Notes: generated by a model not told the origin, from the sequence alone. A DNA stretch of 64,000 nucleotides from an uncultured Alphaproteobacteria bacterium (GCA_963810125.1 CAWEMK010000001.1:86694-150693), one strand, 5' to 3'. Positions 37,569 through 47,645 are shown, counted from the first letter of the stretch. Made by a program: numbers and translations.

Positions 37569-38767
37569 TGCATGCTCGGCGCGTCATGGACGCGCCCCTT
37601 CCATTGGCCCCCGCGCCGGCGGAGGTATTGATAGGCGGAATTGAGCGTGTAGTACAGGTAAAGCGATGCAATTGCCGGCAAGGCCAAACCCCACAACGGC
37701 GACAGGCGATAAAACCGCAGCGTCGGGACAAACGACAGCGCCATTGCCAGCCATACAGCCAAGCCCAGGTAACGTGGCAGCCCGGATGCAAGGATGGCCA
37801 GCATTGGCGCCGCGACAAATGTCAATAACAGGCCAATCGTCGTCGCCGCCAGGAGTAACGGCGAATAACGAAGTTGCGCATAGGCGGAGCGCGAAATCAT
37901 CTGACGGACATCCGAAAAGGCCTCGTAGGGCCGGACGCTTTGCACGCGCTCGGTCAGGCCCAACCAGATTGGTCCCACCGCTTTCAGTTTCGCCGCCAGC
38001 GAGCAATCGTCGATCAGCGCATTGCGGATGCCCGCGATGCCGCCTGCCCGTTCGAGCACATCACTGCGCACGAGGATGCAGCCGCCGGCAGCGGCGGCCA
38101 CGCCCGAATTGGAACGATTGACCCACTGGAACGGAAAAAGCATCTGGAAAAAATAGATGAAAGCCGGAACGTGGCTGCGCTCGGCCAGGCTGGCGCAGCG
38201 AAGTTTTGCCATAAGTGACACCAGCACATACCCGTCAGCCAATGAATGAGCCACCAGCCAAGCAACTGTGTCCGAGGTATGGACGATATCGGCATCGGTC
38301 AGCAGCAGATAGTCTGGACGCAAGGCCTCGGCGGCAGAAATGCCTTCCTTGAGCGCCCAAAGCTTTCCAGTCCAGCCAGGGGCCGGCCCTTTGCTGGTGA
38401 TCACGGTCACATCGCGCTCGGGCGCTGTCGCCGCCGTACGCGCAGCGACGGCTGCAGTGTCGTCGCTACTATCATCGTCGACGACAAAGATTTTGAGAGA
38501 ACCAAGATACTTCTGGCGCAACAGCGACTGGACGCTCGCACCGACAAATTCGGATTCATTGCGGGCAGGAATGATGACGGCAACCGAGGGCCATCGCTCC
38601 GCATTCTGTGCAGGATGCGTGGTGTCTCTTACGTCGCTTCGCCAGAATCCGCCGCGGCCAAAAATCAGATAAATCCAGACCGCCAAGCAAATGAAACCCA
38701 GGACTTCGTTCATGTAGAGAAAAATTTCCGATCGCATTGAGCCTCTACCGCAACACCCGACACACAA
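37565..38767 (-). CDS. hpnB: hopanoid-associated family 2 glycosyltransferase HpnB
   Basis: GT2 signature (VAVIIPARNESEFV...FVVDDDSSDDT...LLTDADIVH) with N- and C-terminal TM segments. First gene of the hpnBCDE-shc string. The start is uncertain (38767, 38737 or 38713). Confidence 0.7.
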   Translation of the reverse strand: MCVGCCGRGSMRSEIFLYMNEVLGFICLAVWIYLIFGRGGFWRSDVRDTTHPAQNAERWPSVAVIIPARNESEFVGASVQSLLRQKYLGSLKIFVVDDDSSDDTAAVAARTAATAPERDVTVITSKGPAPGWTGKLWALKEGISAAEALRPDYLLLTDADIVHTSDTVAWLVAHSLADGYVLVSLMAKLRCASLAERSHVPAFIYFFQMLFPFQWVNRSNSGVAAAAGGCILVRSDVLERAGGIAGIRNALIDDCSLAAKLKAVGPIWLGLTERVQSVRPYEAFSDVRQMISRSAYAQLRYSPLLLAATTIGLLLTFVAAPMLAILASGLPRYLGLAVWLAMALSFVPTLRFYRLSPLWGLALPAIASLYLYYTLNSAYQYLRRRGGQWKGRVHDAPSMQ

Positions 38768-38976
38768 TTTGGTTCAAGCGATCTGGCAACGTGGACAAGA
38801 CAGCGGCTTAACCTGGGTTTGGCAAAATGCCGCGTACCGCTTTCAGGCCCATGAGTATATGGGCTCAAGCGCACCCTCGCAAATGCCTCGAAAAATGGGA
38901 AATTATGACGCCTGCCGCTTGCGGATGATTGAATTACTTCCATCAGCCGTGAGCTCAGGGTCGCGCGGCCGCAAAC

Positions 38977-40155
38977 CTACTTATGGTGAGTATTGGTCGC
39001 CCGCTCGCGCAATCGGTAAAACTGGATGGCGGCTCGCGCGGTTTCCGGCCGTAGTTTTTTAAATCGATCGAGATACTCCCCGGAAACGCCGACCGGCCGC
39101 TGGTCGGCACCCCCCTGCAGGGCAAGCAAGGCGTGAGTCGTCTTCCAGGAAAACTCGATCGACTTTGCGAGGATCAGGATTTGATCGCCGGTATCATGAA
39201 CCAAGGCTCGCTCCACTGCGCCGATCGGCAGATCGGCCAGCAAGCTCAGCGCTTCCGCCGTTTCGTCGAATTTTCCACGCGACGCAAACTCGTAAACGCG
39301 CGCCTCGGTCAGTTCGCCATTCTTGTGCAGCTGCTCGATGTTGGCACGCGCGGCCGGAAAATTGGGCGAATGATCGCGCAACTGGGTCTGAATCTGGTCC
39401 GCCGCGCGCTTGATCATGTCGCGAACCAGATCCGCTTTGCTGCGATCCGCGGTCTCAAATTTGAGCCGCACCGTTTCCGACGCGGTTTCGAACAGCGTCA
39501 ACAAATACTCGCGCGGAATTTCCGGGCGCGACCAAACGAGCAACGCAAGTTCGTCATCGCTTTCGGAGCGTGAGACAAGCGTTGAATAGCCGAATTGGGA
39601 AAACTTGGCCCCGGTATTCGCCGCGGTGCTGATGACGACTTTCTGATTGCCCCGCTCAACAAGAATATCAGTGACATTCTCACTGAGATTTTTGCGCTGC
39701 GAGATCGCCAACAGGTGTTCCTGACCTTTAGTCTTCGCGCCGGTCACCAGCGTATCATCGTCGAGAGATTCAGAGCGCCTCAAAACGGGACCAGCGACGG
39801 CAATCGAGTCGTCCAACGCTAGTGTCCGGCTCGCATTCATTGGGGCATTGGCGATGGCCGAAAGCCTTTCACCGAATGCGACGCGCGCCGAATGCTCAAT
39901 CTCCGACAGCAGGCGGGTCATAACGTCGTCGAACAATAACATCTGCTCGGGATCAAAGTGATCGGAACCGGCGACGAACAAATCCGTGATCCGCCGGAGG
40001 ATCTCGGCCCGCGTACCGATATTTTTCTGCTGGATCGCAACCTCAAGTTCATCGACCAGGGACTTATGGCCTGGCGCAACGTTCTGGTCAGCGGCGGAAT
40101 TTCGATTCCGCCGGTCTGCCGAAAGGCCTGACTGCAATGCGTTGTTATGCGGCAT
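38977..40155 (-). CDS. DUF2336 domain-containing protein
   Basis: ORF 38977..40194. DUF2336-like sequence (LALDDSIAVAGPVLRRSESLDDDTLVTGAKTKGQEHLLAISQRKNLSENVTDILVERG). ATG 40155 or 40164 overlaps the end of the upstream GGDEF-EAL gene. Confidence 0.65.
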   Translation of the reverse strand: MPHNNALQSGLSADRRNRNSAADQNVAPGHKSLVDELEVAIQQKNIGTRAEILRRITDLFVAGSDHFDPEQMLLFDDVMTRLLSEIEHSARVAFGERLSAIANAPMNASRTLALDDSIAVAGPVLRRSESLDDDTLVTGAKTKGQEHLLAISQRKNLSENVTDILVERGNQKVVISTAANTGAKFSQFGYSTLVSRSESDDELALLVWSRPEIPREYLLTLFETASETVRLKFETADRSKADLVRDMIKRAADQIQTQLRDHSPNFPAARANIEQLHKNGELTEARVYEFASRGKFDETAEALSLLADLPIGAVERALVHDTGDQILILAKSIEFSWKTTHALLALQGGADQRPVGVSGEYLDRFKKLRPETARAAIQFYRLRERATNTHHK

Positions 40156-43100
40156 AGTCGACATCTGGAATGTTGTAAGCACGGTGGAAATCAATCTGTG
40201 CCGATGGGCACGGAGGCTGGAACAGGAAGCCCTGCAGCGACGTCACCCCGGCCAGGCGCAAAAGGCGATATTGTTCTACCGTTTCCACACCTTCGGCAGT
40301 GGTCGCAATATCGAGGCTTCGCGCCAAAGTAAGCGTTGCCGCGATAATAGCGGCACACTCGGTGCGTTTCGTCAGGTTTTGGGTGAACGATTTGTCGACC
40401 TTGATTTTGTTAAACGGGAACATCATCAACTGGCTCAGTGACGAATATCCCGTACCGAAATCGTCGAGCGCGACGGCAATGCCGAGGTTCTTGAATTGAT
40501 GCAGAACCGGCAGACACTCCGTCGCGGATTCGATAAGGGCCGTTTCGGTGATCTCCAGCTCCAGCCGCTCGGGCAATAATCCCGACTGCGCCAACGCGCA
40601 CATGACAACGTCGACCAGGTTATTCTTTCTGAATTGCACCGCGGACAAGTTGACAGCCACTTTGATGTCTTTGGGCCAAGACGCAGCCTCCGCGCAAGCG
40701 GTCTGCAATAACCATTCACCGATTTGCGTGATCATGCCGGTCTCTTCCGCAAGCGGAATAAACTGGTCGGGCAGGATTATGCCTTTTGTCGGATGTCTCC
40801 ATCGAATGAGCGCCTCGGCGCCGCAAATCACACTCGTTTTGGTGTCGATAATCGGCTGGTAGTGGAGCACCAGCTCGTCCTGCTGAATGGCGCGGCGCAG
40901 CTCGCTCTCGAGTTCGTGCCGCGCGCTGGCGGCCAGGCTCATTTCCGGGTCGAAGAAACGATATCCATTTCGGCCGGCCGATTTAGCGCGATACAGAGCC
41001 AGGTCCGCCATTTTCATGAGACTATCGGAATTGGCCGCATGCTCGGGCGCCAGGGCGATTCCGATGCTCGTGGCAATATTCACTTCGTTGCCTTCGATAT
41101 TGAACGGCCTGGAAATAACCTCGGTAATTCGGTCTGCAAGCGCAGATGCAGCCTCGCGCTGGTTATTGTCCCGGTCCTGAACGATCGCGAATTCGTCGCC
41201 GCCAAGACGCGCCAGCACGTCGGTTTCCCGAAGCGATGCTTTGAGACGGGCCGCGGTTTCCCGCAGCAATGCGTCGCCGACCGCATGGCCAAGCGTATCG
41301 TTGACGTGCTTGAAACGGTCAAGATCCAGCAACAGTACGGCAAATGGGTCGCCCCGCCTGCGGTGCCGCGCAACAGCTTCTTCGATCTTTTCCATAATCG
41401 CGAGGCGGTTGGCGAGACCCGTTAAAACGTCGTGATGCGCCATGAATGCAATGCGCTGTTCGGATCTTTTCCGCTCTGTAACATCCTCGATAACCACGAT
41501 GAGGTGCCTCGGCGTACCTTGCGTGTCGCGAACAACAATGCGGCTTGTCGCCAAAATTCGCGAGTGGCCAACGGGCATTTCAATTTCGTAGTCACTTGGA
41601 TAGGCGCCAATCGCGCCTGCAAGTGCTTCGCTGTCGGTCGCATCGATCCGCTCGGCATCCTTGGTCCGATAGATATCGAATACGGTTTTTCCGACGACAT
41701 CGCCCCTCGTCACCTTGAGCATCGCCTCAAACGCGCGGTTCACAAGCATAAACTTGCGCGTCACAGCATCCTTCACGACAACCGCGACAGGAACATTTTC
41801 GATAATTGAATTCAGAAATTGTTTTGCTTCACCCAGCTCGCGCTCGGCATGCAGATGCGCCGTGATATCCTGATGAACTGCGACGGAACCGCCGTCGGGC
41901 ATGGCCTTGCGGCTCACCGAAAATGTCCGGCCGTCCCGAAGTTCGTTGATGACGTATCCGGGATCGGGCAGGAAAGCTTCCTCGATCCGATCCCTGATAT
42001 ATTTCTGCGCGTCCTGCGGGCACGAACCGGCCCTTATTCGAGCTTGCAAAATGTCCGGCAGTGTCGTCCCGGGCTTTACGTCTTCCGGATTTAGGCCATA
42101 CATCTTGCTGTAGAGATCATTGGCCAGCACCAGCCTCTGGTCGGCCCCAAACATGCAAATCCCTTGCGGCATGTTTTCCAGAGTTGCATTCAAAAGCATG
42201 TTGGTATGTTCGAGGCTCTGTTTCGCGCGATCCCGCAGGATATGCCCTCGAACGCTGAAGGCCGTTGCGGCCAGAATCAGCAACGTCAGGACGATTGCGA
42301 TGAAATAGCCGGATGTCTTTTGTGCCTCGAGACGGGAAAATATCTCGTGCGACGCAAGGCCGACGGTAATGACAAGAGGAAAGCCGTTGACCGATCGATA
42401 AGCTATCAGTCGTTGAACACTGTCGCTTAAACCGCTCTGCGTATAGTACCACCCGGCTGTCGGCGTTCTTTTGAACAGATCAGCACCAGAAAAGTCCTTT
42501 CCGAGCACGGATAGAGTGTGTCCGCTGGTCGCCCGAACAATTCCATCCAGCCCAATGACCCGGATGTAACCTTCGTGGCCGATGTCGACAGAGTTATAGA
42601 TGCGCGTCAGATAACCTGGATCGAGCGATGCGACGATGGCCCCCCTGAGGGATTGGTCAGCTACTCCAACAGGGCGCGAAAGCTGGATCGACCATTGCGC
42701 GGTCGATTGATTGAAGATTGGTTTGCTGATGACCAGCTTGTCGATCTGCGATACGACATTGCCGCGATCGCGCGCGGTTTCACCGCCATCTCGCTTTGCC
42801 GTTCCGTCGCTGCTGAGTCTTACATCACCGTTGTTGTCGACAATGCTGACTCTTAGATCTTCATATTTGAGCACGCGCGTCGATTTCAGCCATCCGGCCA
42901 AATCAAATTTATTTTTGTCTCGCTCATAGAGCGTCCTGATAATCAACAAAGTACGGTCGATTTCGGTCAATGAGCGCGAAAGGTGTTCCTCCAGAGCGCC
43001 CGCCAGATTTGTGGAATTTTGAATCGCGGCCCGTTCGGCGCTCTCGTGCTCGTTTTTCAAAAAGAAAAACAAAGTCGCCCATACGAGGCTAATCAGGATG

Positions 43101-43195
43101 GTCCCGAATAGCACCGATCGATACTTGAAAAACGGCTGCCATGACTTTTTAAAATTGGTCACGGAGAAAGCCGCGAGGCCATCATTGCCAATCAT
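40145..43195 (-). CDS. membrane sensor diguanylate cyclase/phosphodiesterase (Cache-like periplasmic domain, 2 PAS, GGDEF, EAL)
   Basis: Two TM segments flank a periplasmic domain of about 250 aa. PAS regions are present. GGDEF motif (RLGGDEFAIV) and EAL motif (GAEALIRW...DDFGTGYSSL). Confidence 0.9.
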   Translation of the reverse strand: MIGNDGLAAFSVTNFKKSWQPFFKYRSVLFGTILISLVWATLFFFLKNEHESAERAAIQNSTNLAGALEEHLSRSLTEIDRTLLIIRTLYERDKNKFDLAGWLKSTRVLKYEDLRVSIVDNNGDVRLSSDGTAKRDGGETARDRGNVVSQIDKLVISKPIFNQSTAQWSIQLSRPVGVADQSLRGAIVASLDPGYLTRIYNSVDIGHEGYIRVIGLDGIVRATSGHTLSVLGKDFSGADLFKRTPTAGWYYTQSGLSDSVQRLIAYRSVNGFPLVITVGLASHEIFSRLEAQKTSGYFIAIVLTLLILAATAFSVRGHILRDRAKQSLEHTNMLLNATLENMPQGICMFGADQRLVLANDLYSKMYGLNPEDVKPGTTLPDILQARIRAGSCPQDAQKYIRDRIEEAFLPDPGYVINELRDGRTFSVSRKAMPDGGSVAVHQDITAHLHAERELGEAKQFLNSIIENVPVAVVVKDAVTRKFMLVNRAFEAMLKVTRGDVVGKTVFDIYRTKDAERIDATDSEALAGAIGAYPSDYEIEMPVGHSRILATSRIVVRDTQGTPRHLIVVIEDVTERKRSEQRIAFMAHHDVLTGLANRLAIMEKIEEAVARHRRRGDPFAVLLLDLDRFKHVNDTLGHAVGDALLRETAARLKASLRETDVLARLGGDEFAIVQDRDNNQREAASALADRITEVISRPFNIEGNEVNIATSIGIALAPEHAANSDSLMKMADLALYRAKSAGRNGYRFFDPEMSLAASARHELESELRRAIQQDELVLHYQPIIDTKTSVICGAEALIRWRHPTKGIILPDQFIPLAEETGMITQIGEWLLQTACAEAASWPKDIKVAVNLSAVQFRKNNLVDVVMCALAQSGLLPERLELEITETALIESATECLPVLHQFKNLGIAVALDDFGTGYSSLSQLMMFPFNKIKVDKSFTQNLTKRTECAAIIAATLTLARSLDIATTAEGVETVEQYRLLRLAGVTSLQGFLFQPPCPSAQIDFHRAYNIPDVDYAA

Positions 43196-43392
43196 TTCAA
43201 ATAATTAGTCGAAAGCCCTTGATTTTCCGTTATATGGAACCGTGAGACATCCCCCCGCTTTGAGCCATAAAAAGGTGCGGGCCGCGCGCGTTAATAATTT
43301 ATTTTGCGTTAGTGCACTTTCGATCAACAACCGCGAGGCCGCTCTCGCCAGGCTACGCCGTGCAAAGTTAATCGCAGCAGACCTGCGTTCAT

Positions 43393-44829
43393 GTGACGTT
43401 TAGGATGACGAACGGGCCGATCATTGAAACAGATATCCCGGCGCGGCTCGATCGCCTCCCATGGGGACGCTTTCACACGCTGGTAGTCATCGCCCTCGGT
43501 GTCACGTGGATCCTCGACGGCCTCGAGGTCACGCTTGCCGGCAGCCTGGCGGGCGCTCTGAAAGAAAGTCCGAGTTTGCATTTTTCAAACACGGACATTG
43601 GTTTTACAAGCAGCGCCTATCTCGCTGGCGCCACGCTCGGAGCGATTTTTTTCGGTTGGCTGACGGATCGGCTCGGTCGCAAAAAACTTTTTTTCGTAAC
43701 GCTCGCCGTCTACCTCACGGCGACAGCCGCCACCGCCGCCTCGTGGAATGTCGAAAGTTTCGCGCTTTTTCGTTTTCTCACGGGTGCCGGAATCGGCGGC
43801 GAATATTCCGCCATCAATTCGACCATCCAGGAACTGGTTCCCGCGCGGGTGCGCGGCCGGAATGACCTGATGATCAACGGCAGCTTCTGGATTGGGGCTG
43901 CGCTGGGTGCACTCGGCTCATTGGTTGTGCTCGACCCGCATGTCATCGACCCCGAGCTCGGTTGGCGTCTTGCATTCCTGATTGGCGCCGCCCTGGCCGG
44001 CGTGATTTTCCTGATGCGGCTCTGGATTCCCGAAAGTCCGCGCTGGTTGATAACGCATGGTCACGCTGACGAGGCGGCTCGTGTTGTCGCCAGCATAGAA
44101 AGCCAGTTTCCGGACCTTCCGCCGGAGCACGACCTGCCACGCGTTCGTCTGCGCGCGCGCAAATCAACATCGCTTCGCCTGGTGGCCTTTACCTTGTTCA
44201 AGCAATATCGGCGCCGGACGGTCGTCGGACTAAGCCTCATGGCCTCGCAGGCGTTTTTCTACAATGCCATCTTTTTTACGTACGCGCTTATCCTGACCGA
44301 CTTTTATGGCATCGCGTCGGACCAGGTCGGCTGGTATTTGCTGCCCTTTGCAATTGGAAACTTCACAGGGCCTGTCCTGATCGGACGGTTTTTCGACACT
44401 CATGGCCGCAGGCTGATGATTGCCCTGACCTACGTTTCCTCCGGTGTGCTATTGGCGACAACTGGCTGGCTTTTCGCGCGCGACCTTATTGGCGCCGGGA
44501 CGCAAACGGTGTGCTGGATGGTGATCTTTTTCTTTGCATCATCGGCAGCGAGTTCGGCCTATCTCACGGTCAGTGAGACCTTTCCGCTTGAAATTCGGGC
44601 GCTAGCGATTGCATTTTTTTACGCGGTCGGGACCGGTATCGGCGGCATTATCGGGCCGCTGCTGTTTGGCGCGCTCATCGACACAGGTTCGCGCACGAGC
44701 GTATTTGCAGGCTATTTGATCGGCGCGGTCTTGATGATCGTCGCGGGATGCATCGCCTGGCGCTGGGGCGTCGACGCCGAGCGCAAATCGCTGGAAGCCG
44801 TCGCCCGGCCGCTGACGTTTGTCGATTAA
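43393..44829 (+). CDS. MFS transporter (metabolite:H+ symporter-like)
   Basis: 478 aa with about 12 hydrophobic helices. RLDRLPWGRFH N-terminus and GWLTDRLGRKK loop motif. The start is GTG 43393 or ATG 43405. Confidence 0.85.
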   Translation: MTFRMTNGPIIETDIPARLDRLPWGRFHTLVVIALGVTWILDGLEVTLAGSLAGALKESPSLHFSNTDIGFTSSAYLAGATLGAIFFGWLTDRLGRKKLFFVTLAVYLTATAATAASWNVESFALFRFLTGAGIGGEYSAINSTIQELVPARVRGRNDLMINGSFWIGAALGALGSLVVLDPHVIDPELGWRLAFLIGAALAGVIFLMRLWIPESPRWLITHGHADEAARVVASIESQFPDLPPEHDLPRVRLRARKSTSLRLVAFTLFKQYRRRTVVGLSLMASQAFFYNAIFFTYALILTDFYGIASDQVGWYLLPFAIGNFTGPVLIGRFFDTHGRRLMIALTYVSSGVLLATTGWLFARDLIGAGTQTVCWMVIFFFASSAASSAYLTVSETFPLEIRALAIAFFYAVGTGIGGIIGPLLFGALIDTGSRTSVFAGYLIGAVLMIVAGCIAWRWGVDAERKSLEAVARPLTFVD

Positions 44830-44886
44830 TGAACGGATGATAACAGCTTCGCCACGAGCCGGCCGACGCGCCATCAGAAGATGACT

Positions 44887-45603
44887 TTAGCCCGACGTCA
44901 CAAGATCGCGCAGCGCGTCCGGAGCAAAAATAACGATCCCGCCGCGTTCGAGCTTGAGCCACTTCCGGCGCTGCCAATCCTGCAATTGCTTGTTTGCGCT
45001 TTCCCGCGACACGCCGATCATCTGACTTATTTCACGCTGGGTGACATAAATCTTGGTGCTGGGCCGTGCGGTCGCCGATGGCTGGTAGAGGTGCAAGAGG
45101 ACCTTGGCGAGGCGGTTCGGTAACCCGAGGAAAACAATATCCTCGACCTGCTCGCTCGTGCGGCGCAACCGCGCGCACAGAATATTGATCAATCGTATCG
45201 CGACTTCCGGATCATCCCGCAGTATCGGGATGAAATCGCGGCGCTCGATAACCATCAGTTCACAATTGTCGATAGCAACCGCGTCAGCGGAGCGCTGCCC
45301 TCCGTCGAGAAATGCAATTTCCCCGAAGAGTTCACCGGGGACGACCAGGTTGAAAATTGCGTCTTTCCCCTGTTCGGACGGCGCACTGATTCTCACGGCA
45401 CCGGCTCGAACCGCATAAAGCTTCGAGCCGATATCGCCTTTGTGAAATATGGCTGCGCCTTTTTTTACTCTTGTCGTAATGACACGGGGCGCGATCCGAT
45501 CGATGATCGTATGGCCCAGATCCTTGAAAAATGGGTGGGCGCGAAGCAACGCATGCTTGTCGAATGATTGCGTTTGACTATTCTTGCTTGCGCCCATTGC
45601 CAT
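44887..45603 (-). CDS. Crp/Fnr family transcriptional regulator
   Basis: cNMP-binding fold (GELFGEIAFLDGGQRSADAVA) and a C-terminal HTH (TQREISQMIGVSRESANKQL). ATG 45603 lies within ORF 44887..45633. Confidence 0.85.
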   Translation of the reverse strand: MAMGASKNSQTQSFDKHALLRAHPFFKDLGHTIIDRIAPRVITTRVKKGAAIFHKGDIGSKLYAVRAGAVRISAPSEQGKDAIFNLVVPGELFGEIAFLDGGQRSADAVAIDNCELMVIERRDFIPILRDDPEVAIRLINILCARLRRTSEQVEDIVFLGLPNRLAKVLLHLYQPSATARPSTKIYVTQREISQMIGVSRESANKQLQDWQRRKWLKLERGGIVIFAPDALRDLVTSG

Positions 45604-45967
45604 CTTACATTTCGCCCCACCAGAAGCTCTCAAGACGAAACATACGATAAAATAGCCCGACAGGCAGGCTATCTCGTCAATGAATATTCAAATCTTACTT
45701 TGGCTGTTTAACTCTAACAGTGAAACAATTCGACTAAGTTCTCTAAAATACATCCATTTTCAGGAGCGGTCTGAAATGCACCGCGAATACCCGTATTTCC
45801 GGCCCGGCTGGCCCGCATTGCCATGTGCAGCCGGAATTTCCGGCTGGCCTGCGGGCCTATCGGTCACGTGAGTTAGCCCAACCGTGACGGAACGGACGGT
45901 CGGCCACCATTCACACTGCGTGCATGAGACCGTACAGTAGGCCCCATCCCGGGCTTGGAGGGCAAAC

Positions 45968-47176
45968 ATGGACGGGCCGAAAAAAGTCGCCATCGGTTGC
46001 CAGGGCGGCGGAATGCATGCTGCTTTCGAGGTCGGCGTCCTCACCGAAATCCTCAAGGACATCCGCGACAACAAGCGCATCGAACTTGTCGGCTTGAGCG
46101 GGACCTCGGCCGGCGCCTTGTGTGCATTGATGGTCTGGTACGGCCTTGCTCCGAAGCCTGGAAGCCCCGGCTCTGCCGATGAAGCCATCGAAAAGCTCAA
46201 CGGCTTCTGGGACGACTTCGTTGCGAGCACGGGCGCCGAGACTGCGCTGAATTTTCTGACTTACGGCGCATTTTGGGCGGAAGAGAAAGAGATTCCGGTG
46301 CTTGGCGTAAACGCGCCAATCCTCGGTCTCAATCCGTACGGCGCACTCTTTAAGGCGCTCGCCGCCAGCCTGCCGAGTCTTGGCATACGCAAACAATATT
46401 TTGATCTGGAGGAGATGCTTGCCAAGGCCTGTCCGGATTTCGACCGGATCAACTGGCCAGACTTGACGACGCGCGTGCTGATCGGCGCCTCGGAGGTCGT
46501 CAATGGTTTTGAAACCGTATTTGACTCTGACGTCAATAAGAATACGCAGCACGAAAATAAAGGCATGCACGCCGTAAAAGTTACCAAGGACAGATCTCGT
46601 TACTGGCGCCAGAAATTGCCGCTCACTTTGTCCGGGGTCGCCGCATCAGGAACATTGCCCTCTTTACGGGAAGCCGAACACATCAAGCCGGGCGGCCACT
46701 ACTGGGACGGCCTTTACTCGCAGAATCCGCCCGTGCGCGAGTTCTTCGATCCGCCGGTGCAAAAGCCCTCGCCCTCGGCAGGGCCCAAACATGTGCCCGA
46801 TGAACTGTGGATCATACGCATCAACCCACAGCAATGGCCGGAAGTGCCGTCATCCAACAAAGACATCCAGGACCGCCAAAACGAACTGATGGGAAATCTG
46901 TCGCTGAACAAAGACCTGGATTTTATTATGACGGTGAATGCCTGGACTGAACGCTACGCACGCCAACAATTTGCGAAAGACCACAAGCCGGTGACGGTAC
47001 GCACGATCAAGATGGAGAAAATGACCGCGGACAACCTGTCATATTCATCCAAGTTTGACCGCAGCCGCGCCTTCATGGACGAGCTGCGCAAGGAGGGCCG
47101 CAAGGTGACCCGGGAGTGGCTCGACCGCTGGCACAAAGGCAAGGCCGGCAGCTATCCCGAGGACGCAGCGTATTGA
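45968..47176 (+). CDS. patatin-like phospholipase
   Basis: Oxyanion GCQGGGMHAAF, nucleophile elbow GTSAG, catalytic DG (YWDGLYSQNPP). Strong SD ggaggg lies 6 nt before the ATG. Confidence 0.85.
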   Translation: MDGPKKVAIGCQGGGMHAAFEVGVLTEILKDIRDNKRIELVGLSGTSAGALCALMVWYGLAPKPGSPGSADEAIEKLNGFWDDFVASTGAETALNFLTYGAFWAEEKEIPVLGVNAPILGLNPYGALFKALAASLPSLGIRKQYFDLEEMLAKACPDFDRINWPDLTTRVLIGASEVVNGFETVFDSDVNKNTQHENKGMHAVKVTKDRSRYWRQKLPLTLSGVAASGTLPSLREAEHIKPGGHYWDGLYSQNPPVREFFDPPVQKPSPSAGPKHVPDELWIIRINPQQWPEVPSSNKDIQDRQNELMGNLSLNKDLDFIMTVNAWTERYARQQFAKDHKPVTVRTIKMEKMTADNLSYSSKFDRSRAFMDELRKEGRKVTREWLDRWHKGKAGSYPEDAAY

Positions 47177-47228
47177 ATAATCCGATGATGTCGCCGGGCA
47201 AACGAACCCAAAGGACGATGGTGCTCAG

Positions 47229-47633
47229 ATGCCGAATGAGAAAAAAAGCAGCTCAGACGATATTCAAGGTTTCAAAGACAGCATTTTCAGGAATTTTTCC
47301 TTGCTGGCGTTACCGTGGGTGTCCTTCCAGCGCGACATGCTCGCAATTTTAAAGAAAGGCATTGAAGATACCAGTCATGTCAAACCGGTTCAGAAACTGA
47401 CATTGCTTGAACTGCACGCTCTGATGATGGTCCTGGATCCATCGCGAACGTGGAGAAGCCCCTTTGATGCTGATTTTGAAAAGCGCGTGGAAGATACATA
47501 CAAAGAAGCCTTCCCCAAACTGCTTTCCGGTTCCATTCACTTTATCGAAGCCCAGGAGGCAATCTTGCAGCATATGAGTGACGCACTCATCACGCTAAAG
47601 GATGGCAACAAAACCAAAAGCCCCAGCAAGTAG
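47229..47633 (+). CDS. hypothetical protein (AT-rich orphan)
   Basis: 134 uninterrupted codons in clearly AT-richer DNA (23 of 60 G+C in 47341-47400 by my count). An open frame this long is unlikely by chance at that composition. No motif recognised. Confidence 0.5.
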   Translation: MPNEKKSSSDDIQGFKDSIFRNFSLLALPWVSFQRDMLAILKKGIEDTSHVKPVQKLTLLELHALMMVLDPSRTWRSPFDADFEKRVEDTYKEAFPKLLSGSIHFIEAQEAILQHMSDALITLKDGNKTKSPSK

Positions 47634-47645
47634 AAATATAGCGGG

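Noticed and set aside
43298-43309. 12-mer tttattttgcgt shared by the MFS upstream region (43298-43309) and the PKS upstream region (47688-47699), as a possible common operator.
   Set aside because: This is a short AT-rich match between two AT-rich intergenic regions. There is no dyad symmetry and different spacing to the start codons, so evidence is insufficient.
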